This document shows positions 34,082 through 41,935 of a stretch of DNA of 41,935 bases, one piece after another. Numbering within the stretch: the first letter of the stretch is position 1; each line of letters begins with the position of its first letter. Position numbers and translations under genes: made by a program. A model generated the notes under the pieces. It ran no database searches and had not been told where the DNA came from. It saw only the letters and a program-made list of their open reading frames with translations. The stretch comes from an uncultured Clostridium sp. (GTDB lineage Bacteria > Bacillota > Clostridia > Christensenellales > CAG-138): positions 1-41,935 of the forward strand of contig CAYPXV010000002.1 in NCBI GenBank assembly GCA_964414925.1, written 5' to 3'.

Positions 34082-36886
34082 ATGTCCGAAAAGAAAAAAA
34101 CCACTGTCCGAGAAAAATCGGATCAGGGACAAACAACCGTTTATTCCGAAGAAGAACGTCGTAAAATGCTGGAAGCGAGCAAGAAAAAGACAAAAAAATC
34201 ATCCGACGACAAAGCTGACAAAGAAAAATTCCTTGTTGAAAATGTTTCTCAGCGTCCGATGATTCCCGCAATTATTTTCGGCATAATCAAATGCCTGATT
34301 GCATTCGTTGCCGTTTTCGGTTTCTTTTGCGTCGGTCTCGTTTTGGGCATAGCCAAAGCTTATATCGATACCACCCCGTCGCTGGATGTCTCGTCACTTA
34401 CAAACAGTGATCTTACCAGCTACATCTATGATTGCAACGGCAATGAAATAACAACCTATGCAAACATGGAATACAGGGATTGGGCAAGCATAGATGAAAT
34501 CCCCGATATGCTTAAAAATGCATTGATTGCAGTCGAGGATGTTCGTTTCTATACCCACGGCGGCTTGGACTTTAAACGTCTGTTCTCCGCTGTCGTTAAT
34601 ACGCTCAGAAATACAAATACTCATGGCGGTTCTACCATTACCCAGCAGCTTATTAAAAATAAGGTGCTTTCCAATGTGCAAAGCTATAAACGTAAAATTC
34701 AGGAAGCGTACCTGGCTTACGAATTGGAGGACACAATTTCAAAAGACAGCATTCTTGAAGCTTATATGAATGACGTTTACTTGGGCGATTCCAATTACGG
34801 CTTTAAAACTGCGGCAAAGGATTATTTCGGCAAGGATATGGATGAGCTTACAATAAGAGAATGTGCAATGCTTGCCGGTATGGTTCAAAAACCGAACTAC
34901 ACAAACCCACGTGCCAACACTTATAAACGTTTCTATGAGGACGGCACAAATAAAATGGATATAACAGACGCAAGAACCGATGTCGTACTAAAGGCTATGT
35001 ATGAAACTGGCTTTATTTCCAAAGCCGAATATAATTATGCTTTGAATGATAAAGTCGAAATTTTAGAGATTAGTGCCCAAAAACAGCTCTATGATATGGC
35101 ATACTACGTTGAGTACGGAATTCGTGATATCGTTGACCATATGCTTGAACAGCGTGGACTTGACGACACTTCTTCCAATCGTTCGGCTATCGAAAGAGAA
35201 CTGCGTACAAGCGGTTATAAAATCTACCTTGCCGTTGATCCAGAAATCCAAAATACGGTTCAGGATGTTATCACGAATTGGGAAAACTATCCTGCATTGC
35301 GTAATTCAAGCGCAGGGCTTGTTACCGACCCCGTTTCGGGAATTACCATTCAACAGCCCCAGGCGGCGGCGGTCGTTATTGACCACTCCACGGGTCTTAT
35401 TAAAGCCATCATCGGCGGCAGGGATGAACCTACGCAAAAACGACAGCTTAACAGGGCATATCAAAGCTCCATGCCCGTAGGTTCTTCTATAAAACCCCTT
35501 ACCGTTTACGGTCCCGCACTTGATATGGGTGTCAGCCCTGCAACGGGTGTGCTTAATTCTCAAATTCCGATTGAGGGTTACGGCGGTGAAAAGGGATACC
35601 CTGCTATGGGAAGTAAAAAGTGGGAGGGCATTGTAAGCGTCAGACGAGGCATTACTTCTTCACTTAATATTGTTGCCGCAAAGCTTCTGTTTGAAGTAAG
35701 CACACCGGAGCAGAGTGCGGAATACCTCATTAAAATGGGTGTGCCGACGGAACGCATTAATAAGGACGGTCCGGGTCTTGCTCTGGGTACGTCGGGAATT
35801 ACTCCGCTTGAAATGGCAGCAGCTTATGCTTGCATTGCAAACGGCGGTGTGTATATAGAACCCATATCTTTCATCAAAGTCGTTGCTTCGGATGGTACTG
35901 TCGTGATTGATGCAAGCGATTGTCAGCAGTCCTATAGGGTCTATAAGGAAACTACCGCATATATGCTGATTGATATGATGGAGGATGTCGTTACCGACGG
36001 TACGGGTAAGAGTGCCCAAATAGAAGGAATTACCGTTGCAGGTAAGACAGGAACGAATGACGACTATACCAGCGCATACTTTGCGGGCTTTACAGGTTAC
36101 TACACCGCTTCGCTTTGGATAGGTCATGATAAATACTCGGAAAAACTTGCTTCAGGTTCAACCGGCGGTAATACCGCAGCTCCCCTTTGGCAAGCCTTCA
36201 TGAGTGCCATACATGAGGACTTGAATGATAAACCCATTATGGATGTTTCGCCTAACGATATAGGTCTTACTCAAGTTGATATTTGCCCGATTTCGGGTAA
36301 GCTTGCTACCGATGCCTGTTGGCTCGATGAGGATAATCCTCCGCTTACCGATTGGTGCGCCGTGGACAGCATTCCGGATGAATACTGCGATATGCACTGT
36401 TGTATCGATTTCTGCGACGACTCCGATATGCCCGCTTGCGTGGAATGTCCCACCTCGTTGAGAAAACCCGGCTGCGTTGTGCTTATTTCCTCAACAAGTA
36501 TCTATGCTCAGCTTGCGGACGAAAAGCTCTATGCTTATATCCCCAATGCAATAAGGACGGATCTCGATATCTGCTCTTTCATAGCTCAATATCTGCAATT
36601 GACGGACAGAACTTGCAGCATTCACCTCGGACAAAATCCCTTCGCTTCGGCGGAAGAACTCTATTACCATGCAGGTGAGATGATTGCAGAGGTAAGGGCA
36701 TACCTCGATAATGTAAGCAACTTGCCCGAACAGTCAAGGCAATTGCTTGAAAGTACGATAAGGGAATTACAGAGTGCGATTGCTCAAAAGAATGAAAGCC
36801 AAACCGTTATTTTGTGGACAAAGCTGAAGCGTTACTATAATGAGTTTTATCGTCAATATCCGCCCAATGGGGTTACAAATGACTGA
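34082..36886 (+). CDS. Class A penicillin-binding protein (PBP1A family, bifunctional glycosyltransferase/transpeptidase) with a long C-terminal extension
   Basis: Basic cytoplasmic tail and one TM helix. GT51 motifs EDVRFYTHGG, GGSTITQQL and RKIQEAYLAYELE. Transpeptidase motifs SSIK, SLN and KTGT. About 240 aa extend beyond the transpeptidase domain. Confidence 0.9.
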   Translation: MSEKKKTTVREKSDQGQTTVYSEEERRKMLEASKKKTKKSSDDKADKEKFLVENVSQRPMIPAIIFGIIKCLIAFVAVFGFFCVGLVLGIAKAYIDTTPSLDVSSLTNSDLTSYIYDCNGNEITTYANMEYRDWASIDEIPDMLKNALIAVEDVRFYTHGGLDFKRLFSAVVNTLRNTNTHGGSTITQQLIKNKVLSNVQSYKRKIQEAYLAYELEDTISKDSILEAYMNDVYLGDSNYGFKTAAKDYFGKDMDELTIRECAMLAGMVQKPNYTNPRANTYKRFYEDGTNKMDITDARTDVVLKAMYETGFISKAEYNYALNDKVEILEISAQKQLYDMAYYVEYGIRDIVDHMLEQRGLDDTSSNRSAIERELRTSGYKIYLAVDPEIQNTVQDVITNWENYPALRNSSAGLVTDPVSGITIQQPQAAAVVIDHSTGLIKAIIGGRDEPTQKRQLNRAYQSSMPVGSSIKPLTVYGPALDMGVSPATGVLNSQIPIEGYGGEKGYPAMGSKKWEGIVSVRRGITSSLNIVAAKLLFEVSTPEQSAEYLIKMGVPTERINKDGPGLALGTSGITPLEMAAAYACIANGGVYIEPISFIKVVASDGTVVIDASDCQQSYRVYKETTAYMLIDMMEDVVTDGTGKSAQIEGITVAGKTGTNDDYTSAYFAGFTGYYTASLWIGHDKYSEKLASGSTGGNTAAPLWQAFMSAIHEDLNDKPIMDVSPNDIGLTQVDICPISGKLATDACWLDEDNPPLTDWCAVDSIPDEYCDMHCCIDFCDDSDMPACVECPTSLRKPGCVVLISSTSIYAQLADEKLYAYIPNAIRTDLDICSFIAQYLQLTDRTCSIHLGQNPFASAEELYYHAGEMIAEVRAYLDNVSNLPEQSRQLLESTIRELQSAIAQKNESQTVILWTKLKRYYNEFYRQYPPNGVTND

Positions 36887-36927
36887 TTAACCGCATATAC
36901 TGTAAAAAAGAACAGGATGGTTTTGTT

Positions 36928-38064
36928 ATGATTTATTTTGATAACAGTGCTACAACTCCCGTTATGCCGCAGGCTGCGCAAATCGCAGAAAAATATATGT
37001 GCGAATTGTTCTTTAATCCCGCTGCGGCATACTCAAGTGCAGTCTCGGTGGAACGTGATATCAATGCCGCACGAGCAAAGCTTGCTTCCTATGTTAATGC
37101 CGATGCTTCGGAGTTGATCTTCACAAGCGGCGGAACGGAAAGCAATAATATTGCTCTGTCGGGTGTCCTTTCGGCTAAAAGAGGTAAATGCAAGATTATT
37201 ACTTCCGCAGTCGAACATCCGTCGGTCTACGAACCCGTAAACGCTATGAAACAGCAGGGTTACGATGTTGCCGTTGTCGGTGTCGATTCCAACGGTAAAA
37301 TCAGGATGGACGAGCTTGCTTCGGAACTTGACGATACCGTAGGCTTTGTCAGCATTATGCACGTCAATAACGAGTCGGGTGCGATTAACGATATTGATGA
37401 GATTTATGCCCTTGTAAAAAAACGTTCGCCCGATGCCGTGCTTCATGTGGACGGTGTACAGGCTTTTATGAAAATGCCGACGGTAAAATGTGATCTGTAT
37501 TCAATCAGCGGACATAAACTTCATGCCCCGAAAGGTGTCGGTGCGCTCTATGTGCGTAAAGGTGTACGCTTTAACGGCGGTCAGAGGGGTGGGGGACAGG
37601 AAAGCGGTCTCAGATCGGGTACGACAAATACCGCTTCTATCATGGCAATGAATGTTGCCTGCGCCGAGTATGCACAAAATCACGAAAGTTTTATGAATAA
37701 TATGCTTGAAGTGAAAAAAAGACTCTACTCGAACCTCATGCGTATTCGTGATGTGCGCCTTAACGGACCCGATATCAATGATTCGGCTCCCTATATCCTT
37801 AATATGAGTTTTATGGGCGTAAGAGGTGAGGTCTTGCTCCATTCGCTTATGGAAAAGGGCCTTCTCGTTTCCACAGGCTCTGCATGTGCGGCAAGGCATA
37901 GGGGTAAAAATCGCGTCCTGTCGGCTATGGGTATCAATTCGGAGCGTCAGGACGGTGCAATAAGATTCAGCTTCTCACCGTTTAATACGATTCGGGAAGC
38001 AGACGATGCCGCTCGGTTTATAGAAGAAAGCTTAACATTTTTAAGAAGATTTAAACGAAGATAA
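36928..38064 (+). CDS. Cysteine desulfurase (NifS/IscS/NifZ-type, class V aminotransferase)
   Basis: IYFDNSATTP, the SISGHKLHAPKGVGAL PLP lysine and the GSACAA catalytic Cys loop. It is paired with thiI, as for B. subtilis nifZ-thiI. Confidence 0.9.
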   Translation: MIYFDNSATTPVMPQAAQIAEKYMCELFFNPAAAYSSAVSVERDINAARAKLASYVNADASELIFTSGGTESNNIALSGVLSAKRGKCKIITSAVEHPSVYEPVNAMKQQGYDVAVVGVDSNGKIRMDELASELDDTVGFVSIMHVNNESGAINDIDEIYALVKKRSPDAVLHVDGVQAFMKMPTVKCDLYSISGHKLHAPKGVGALYVRKGVRFNGGQRGGGQESGLRSGTTNTASIMAMNVACAEYAQNHESFMNNMLEVKKRLYSNLMRIRDVRLNGPDINDSAPYILNMSFMGVRGEVLLHSLMEKGLLVSTGSACAARHRGKNRVLSAMGINSERQDGAIRFSFSPFNTIREADDAARFIEESLTFLRRFKRR

Positions 38065-38074
38065 AGGAGTAATT

Positions 38075-39247
38075 ATGAACAGGATTATTCTCGTAAGATA
38101 CACCGAAATTCATCTGAAAGGTCAGAATCGTCCTTTCTTTGAAAGAAAATTAATGTCTAATATGAAATTCGCCCTCAAAGGTATCCCCTCCAAGATTCAT
38201 CATGAACAGGGCAGAATTTATGTCAATTCCATCCCCGACGAACAGTTCGATGATGCTATGGACAGGCTTACCAGAGTTTTCGGTATCCATTCCATCAGCC
38301 CCGCTTATGTTGTCGATAAATCCTGGGATAATGTAGTCGAAACCTGCTACGCCCTTATGGAAAAGGAAATCGAACGCAGCGGCAGTACAAGCTTTAAAGT
38401 TATGGCAAGACGTTCCGATAAGCATTACTTCATGAACTCCGATTCCATCAATAGGGAAATGGGTGGCTTGATGCTTGAACGCTTCCCTTCCCTCCATGTC
38501 GATGTGCATAAGCCTCAGATAAAGCTTTGCATAGAAATCCGTGAAAATGCTTATGTTTATTGCGAAGAAGTTCCATGTGCCAACGGTATGCCGATAGGCT
38601 CCTCGGGCAATGCCACACTGCTTATTTCAGGCGGAATTGACAGCCCCGTTGCAGGTTACATGATGGCAAAACGCGGTCTTGTTTTAAGTGCCGTACATTT
38701 TTACAGTTATCCCTATACGAGCGAACGTGCCAGGGATAAGGTCATTGAACTTACCGCTTTGCTGTCAAAGTTCGCAGGACCTATTCGCTTGTTCCTTGTC
38801 CCGTTTACGGATATTCAAATGAAGATTTACGATGAGTGTCCCGAAAAGGAAACAACCGTTCTGATGCGTAGGCTTATGATGAAAATTGCCGAACGTGTCG
38901 CTCAGTCCGAACAGGCTAAGGCTTTGATTACGGGCGAATCTCTGGGTCAGGTTGCAAGCCAGACCTTGGAAAGTCTCTGCGTAACCGATGATGCCGTCTC
39001 TATGCCCGTTTTTCGTCCGCTTATCGGTTTCGATAAGGACGAAATTATGGACCTTGCAAGAAAAATCGGAACGTATGAAACCAGTATCCTCCCGTATGAA
39101 GATTGCTGCACTGTTTTCGTTCCCAAGCATCCCGTTACCAAACCCGAAGTCTCCGATATCCGCTCCAGTGAGTCCGCTGTGGACTTTTCAAAGCTTATTG
39201 AGGATGCCATATCCAATATCGAAGTAATGACTGTTTACAAGAATTAA
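38075..39247 (+). CDS. thiI: tRNA uracil 4-sulfurtransferase ThiI (no rhodanese domain)
   Basis: Ferredoxin-like and THUMP N-terminus with the PP-loop LISGGIDSPVA. At 390 aa it is typical of Firmicutes ThiI. Confidence 0.9.
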   Translation: MNRIILVRYTEIHLKGQNRPFFERKLMSNMKFALKGIPSKIHHEQGRIYVNSIPDEQFDDAMDRLTRVFGIHSISPAYVVDKSWDNVVETCYALMEKEIERSGSTSFKVMARRSDKHYFMNSDSINREMGGLMLERFPSLHVDVHKPQIKLCIEIRENAYVYCEEVPCANGMPIGSSGNATLLISGGIDSPVAGYMMAKRGLVLSAVHFYSYPYTSERARDKVIELTALLSKFAGPIRLFLVPFTDIQMKIYDECPEKETTVLMRRLMMKIAERVAQSEQAKALITGESLGQVASQTLESLCVTDDAVSMPVFRPLIGFDKDEIMDLARKIGTYETSILPYEDCCTVFVPKHPVTKPEVSDIRSSESAVDFSKLIEDAISNIEVMTVYKN

Positions 39248-39330
39248 TAATGTTATTAAGACTTTAAATGCGTTATTGAAATTAGTTATCGAAATACAAG
39301 CTTTTACGTATAAAAAATACCACTAACATC

Positions 39331-39358
39331 TTGACAAATGATGACGGTGTGGTAAAAT
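39331..39358 (+). promoter_or_regulatory. Sigma-A-type promoter for the dockerin-protein gene
   Basis: -35 TTGACA, 16-nt spacer ending in TGg (extended -10), -10 TAAAAT. Confidence 0.55.
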
Positions 39359-39363
39359 AAAAA

Positions 39364-39412
39364 GTGAAGCGAACGAAATCCAACACGCTTCACGCCGCAG
39401 GCGTATTTTTTT
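39364..39412 (+). promoter_or_regulatory. Leader with two adjacent hairpins, the second terminator-like
   Basis: gtgaagcg/cgcttcac 8-bp stem (39364-39393). Overlapping it, an acgcc-gca-ggcgt hairpin (39392-39404) is followed by aTTTTTTT, immediately upstream of RBS caggagg. Confidence 0.35.
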
Positions 39413-39426
39413 CAGGAGGAAAAACA

Positions 39427-41403
39427 ATGAAAGCTCGCAAACTATTTGCAATGATTCTTGCGCTCGTTATGGTTTTTACTCTCGTTCCCGTCGTCTCCCT
39501 TGCTGAAGGCATCGAAGATGTGGCAACAGAGTCTGCCCAGATCGCAAAGCTTGACAACACCTGGTCCGTTATCGAAGCAGCAGAAGCTGCCGCTATTGAA
39601 GCAGGTTTGTCCCGCACAGAGGTTATCAATGCTGTTTACAACGCAGCACTGAACGCATCCCTCACCGATAAGGATGGCTTCTCCGATTTTACAAAGGATG
39701 GCTTCTTCTTCACCGTTGACGGTATGTATTGCTCTTATAACTACAGACTCCGCAACGAACTCGTTGCGGGTGAACCCATCCCCGCCGATGAACAGGTCGT
39801 TCTCGTAAAAGGTAACGGTAACGTTTCCAAGGATGCAGAATCCCCCAACGTTTTCCTCGTTGCTCCTTACTACGGACATGACTCCAGCTTCACCGATCAG
39901 TATAAGCGTGAAGCACAGTCCATCGCCGATGCAACCGGTGGTGACTACCTCCTCATCCAGTCCACTTCCGCAACAGGTCCCGCTATTGCAGAAAACTTCA
40001 CCGATAAGGGTGTTGTTATCTACGACAGCCATGGAACCGCAAGCGGTACTTCTACTTACCTCTGCCTTACCACCAACAGCGGTATCACCAGCGAAGACTA
40101 CACCAACGGTTGGGCTGTTCGTGCAGGCAGTGCTGCATACATCGATGGCAGATACGTTGAAAACCATGTCAGCGGTACTCTCTCAAACTGCTGCGTTTGG
40201 ATGGCTATCTGCGAAGGTATGAAGCGTTCGGGTCAGGGCACAACCGGTGCCGCTCTTCTCAGAGCAGGTGCAGGCGTTGTTTACGGCTACTCCCAGAGCG
40301 TTACTTTCGTCGGTGACTATGCTTATGAAACCACCTTCTGGAATCTCATGAAGGAAGGCGAAGCTTTCTGTGACGCTTTCGAAACAATGAAGGATCGCCA
40401 CGGTTGCCCCGAACCCTACGGTGATGCTTACCCCATCGCTATGAGTGATGTTGACGCATTCCCCTCCAACCCCGACTCCGAACAGACTGTTTACACAACC
40501 TGGAATCTCTACGGTGAGCCCGATCCCGTTGATCTTACCGGCTTCTCTCTCAGCGAAACCAGCGTTGAAATGTATGTCGGTCGTTCAGCTCAGGTTAACT
40601 TCCTGCGCGTTCCCGATAATGCAAACCAGTATGAACTCGTTTGGACTTCCTCTAACAGCAGCGTTGCTACCGTTACCGGTAACAACCGCCGTGCTACTAT
40701 CGCAGGCGTAAGCGCAGGTCATGCTACCGTTACCTGCACCGTTCTGATTGACGGCGAAGTTTTCGGTACTGCAACCGTTGATGTTACCATCAATATCGAT
40801 ACTTCCCTGTATGATTCCCTCAACGTTCCCGGCGGTACTCTCCAGTTCGGAAGCGATGAAGGCTATCCCTTCGAAGCTGTAGAAGATGGCGACAGATTCT
40901 ATGCTAAATCCACCAATAACGGCGTTGGCGGTTCTACCTCCAACCTCTATACCACTGTAAATATGCAGGAAGGCGACACCATCGTTTTCGAATACATCGT
41001 AAGCAGTGAAACCAATTATGACTGGTTCACCTTCTCCGTAAACGGAACTCAGGTTCTCCGCCTCTCCGGTGCTAACAACACCCAGTGGTCTACCTATACC
41101 TACACCGCTCCCAGCGCAGGTTCTTATACCTTCATGTGGGCTTACACCAAGGACGGAAGCGTTAATAACGGTGAAGACTGCGTTAAGATTGATAACGTTG
41201 AATGCACAGGTACTACCGCTCTTATGGGCGACCTCAATGGCAGCGGCACCGTCGATATGCAGGATGCTGTTATCGTTCTCCGTGCTACCCTCGGTCTGTA
41301 TGAACTCTCCGATGAGCAGTTCGCAGTTGCCGATATGAATGGTGATGGCGTTGTTAACACCCAGGATGCTATGCTCATCCTCCGTGTTGCTATGAACATC
41401 TAA
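39427..41403 (+). CDS. Secreted multidomain protein: signal peptide, putative clan-CD-like cysteine peptidase region, Big_2 Ig-like domain, beta-sandwich module and C-terminal type I dockerin
   Basis: The ATG at 39427 is 7 nt after AGGAGG. Signal peptide MKARKLFAMILALVMVFTLVPVVSLA. The Big_2-like stretch lies at ~40540-40790 (SVEMYVGRSAQV...VWTSSNSSVATVTG...GHATVTCTV). The dockerin lies at 41227-41400, with two Ca-binding repeats GDLNGSGTVDMQDAVIVLR and ADMNGDGVVNTQDAMLILR. The protease assignment is inference only. Confidence 0.85.
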   Translation: MKARKLFAMILALVMVFTLVPVVSLAEGIEDVATESAQIAKLDNTWSVIEAAEAAAIEAGLSRTEVINAVYNAALNASLTDKDGFSDFTKDGFFFTVDGMYCSYNYRLRNELVAGEPIPADEQVVLVKGNGNVSKDAESPNVFLVAPYYGHDSSFTDQYKREAQSIADATGGDYLLIQSTSATGPAIAENFTDKGVVIYDSHGTASGTSTYLCLTTNSGITSEDYTNGWAVRAGSAAYIDGRYVENHVSGTLSNCCVWMAICEGMKRSGQGTTGAALLRAGAGVVYGYSQSVTFVGDYAYETTFWNLMKEGEAFCDAFETMKDRHGCPEPYGDAYPIAMSDVDAFPSNPDSEQTVYTTWNLYGEPDPVDLTGFSLSETSVEMYVGRSAQVNFLRVPDNANQYELVWTSSNSSVATVTGNNRRATIAGVSAGHATVTCTVLIDGEVFGTATVDVTINIDTSLYDSLNVPGGTLQFGSDEGYPFEAVEDGDRFYAKSTNNGVGGSTSNLYTTVNMQEGDTIVFEYIVSSETNYDWFTFSVNGTQVLRLSGANNTQWSTYTYTAPSAGSYTFMWAYTKDGSVNNGEDCVKIDNVECTGTTALMGDLNGSGTVDMQDAVIVLRATLGLYELSDEQFAVADMNGDGVVNTQDAMLILRVAMNI

Positions 41404-41427
41404 TTCTATAACTCTATAAATCTTCTT

Positions 41428-41464
41428 GAGCTGCAACATCCCCGTTGCAGCTCATCTCTTTTAT
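41428..41464 (+). terminator. Rho-independent terminator after the dockerin-protein gene
   Basis: gagctgcaac/gttgcagctc perfect 10-bp stem with a 6-nt loop, followed by atctctttt. Confidence 0.7.
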
Positions 41465-41530
41465 CCGTTATTTCCTTTCTATCTCATTTATAATCTCTTT
41501 CCTAAATCAAATGTCCCGATTCCCTTAAAT

Positions 41531-41557
41531 AAAAAAATTCACATCTGATAGATGTGA
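41531..41557 (-). terminator. Minus-strand rho-independent terminator candidate with no annotated gene upstream of it in the window
   Basis: tcacatct-gat-agatgtga 8-bp stem. On the minus strand it is followed by aaTTTTTTTattt. Confidence 0.4.
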
Positions 41558-41866
41558 TACCTCTTAATGCTTATTTGCTCTTGATATTTACATAAAACTA
41601 TTTTTAATCATTCATCTTTTTAGGCAATTATGCTCATTTGATAATTGAATCATCTCTAAACCTAACTTCGGCACAACATAAACAACCGAACCCGAAATCC
41701 ACAGATACCAATTCTCTCCTATTTCCGTCCGACTCAACTATAGACTCAATAACTCTGCCGAAATACTTCCCTTGCCGATTTATTTAATCCCAAGTTCCTT
41801 AAAAAGTGCTGTCAAAACAATCAATGTCACTAAGCATAAAACTATAATAGCGCATCCCTCCTTTTT

Positions 41867-41894
41867 ATTTTATTCTTTACTTACCTAATTGTAA
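41867..41894 (-). promoter_or_regulatory. Candidate minus-strand promoter near the window edge
   Basis: On the minus strand: TTACAA, 16-nt spacer, TAAAAT, followed directly by aaaaaggaggg. The context is AT-rich, so specificity is low. Confidence 0.25.
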
Positions 41895-41935
41895 CTTCCG
41901 TTTGGTACATATTTGGAACTACACTGCACTCAAAC

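Noticed and set aside
39364-39426. Upstream extension of the dockerin-protein ORF (track start 39364, MKRTKSNTLHAAGVFFSGGKT)
   Set aside because: The start would be GTG with no RBS and would lie at or before the predicted TSS. The ATG at 39427 has AGGAGG at ideal spacing and begins a textbook signal peptide.
39442-41439. Two long minus-strand ORFs (39442-40167 and 40585-41439) opposite the dockerin-protein gene
   Set aside because: The plus-strand frame has a signal peptide, Big_2 and dockerin domains and a promoter, RBS and terminator. The antisense frames are Gly/Val/Ser-rich artefacts of the codon bias.
41591-41845. 11-nt direct repeat cataaaactat at ~41591 and ~41835, checked as a possible att-like or insertion boundary
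   Set aside because: It is short and lies in very AT-rich sequence, so a chance occurrence is plausible. No integrase or transposase lies nearby in the window. It is mentioned only for follow-up if the flanking sequence shows a mobile element.
1-41935. Mobile elements, prophage, defence islands, toxin-antitoxin pairs and CRISPR arrays
   Set aside because: No transposase, integrase, recombinase or phage-like ORFs were seen, nor any terminal inverted repeats or repeat-spacer arrays. Every ORF above ~90 aa is accounted for by housekeeping functions or the few unknowns listed in the findings.

Overview
This 41.9 kb window looks like core chromosome from a low/mid-GC Firmicute of the class Clostridia. 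A C-terminal type I dockerin on the last gene hints at a cellulosome- or amylosome-type Ruminococcus-like organism, but that is inference only. Coding density is very high, with many start/stop overlaps, and almost every gene is a recognisable housekeeping gene. In order: dnaK (3' part), dnaJ, an mtnN-like nucleosidase, zapA, a long U32-family protein, mutS2, a coiled-coil/alpha-beta-hydrolase fusion, dapF, rpsO, pnp, a YlxY-like deacetylase homologue, an M16 peptidase, a dimeric dUTPase-like protein, a membrane-anchored HlyD-like protein, yggS/ylmE, sepF, a short DivIVA/GpsB-domain protein and a divergent MreB-like protein. A minus-strand block follows: efp, trmK, a Nif3-family gene, a COG1579 zinc-ribbon gene, RNase P RNA (rnpB, type A) and pgsA. 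The plus strand then resumes with glmS, pdp, queA, tgt, tsaE, tsaB, hslO, a TPR protein, a THUMP RNA methyltransferase, a class A PBP, a cysteine desulfurase, thiI and a secreted dockerin-bearing multidomain protein. I found no CRISPR array, tRNA or rRNA gene, transposase, integrase, prophage or recognisable defence or toxin-antitoxin module. I do not see a clear novel system here, and the window is mostly ordinary. The items most worth a second look are: (1) the coiled-coil/hydrolase fusion; (2) an MreB paralogue with degenerate nucleotide-binding motifs next to sepF/divIVA; (3) rnpB packed into a same-strand gene array with no obvious terminator; (4) a long U32 protein with an exact CX6CX15CX3C Fe-S motif; (5) the dockerin-tethered protein with a clan-CD-like His/Cys arrangement; (6) a 10-Cys insert in the PBP tail; (7) an AT-rich, ORF-poor 3' end bracketed by a candidate minus-strand promoter and terminator. 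All coordinates of RNA structures, promoters and terminators were derived by eye and are approximate.
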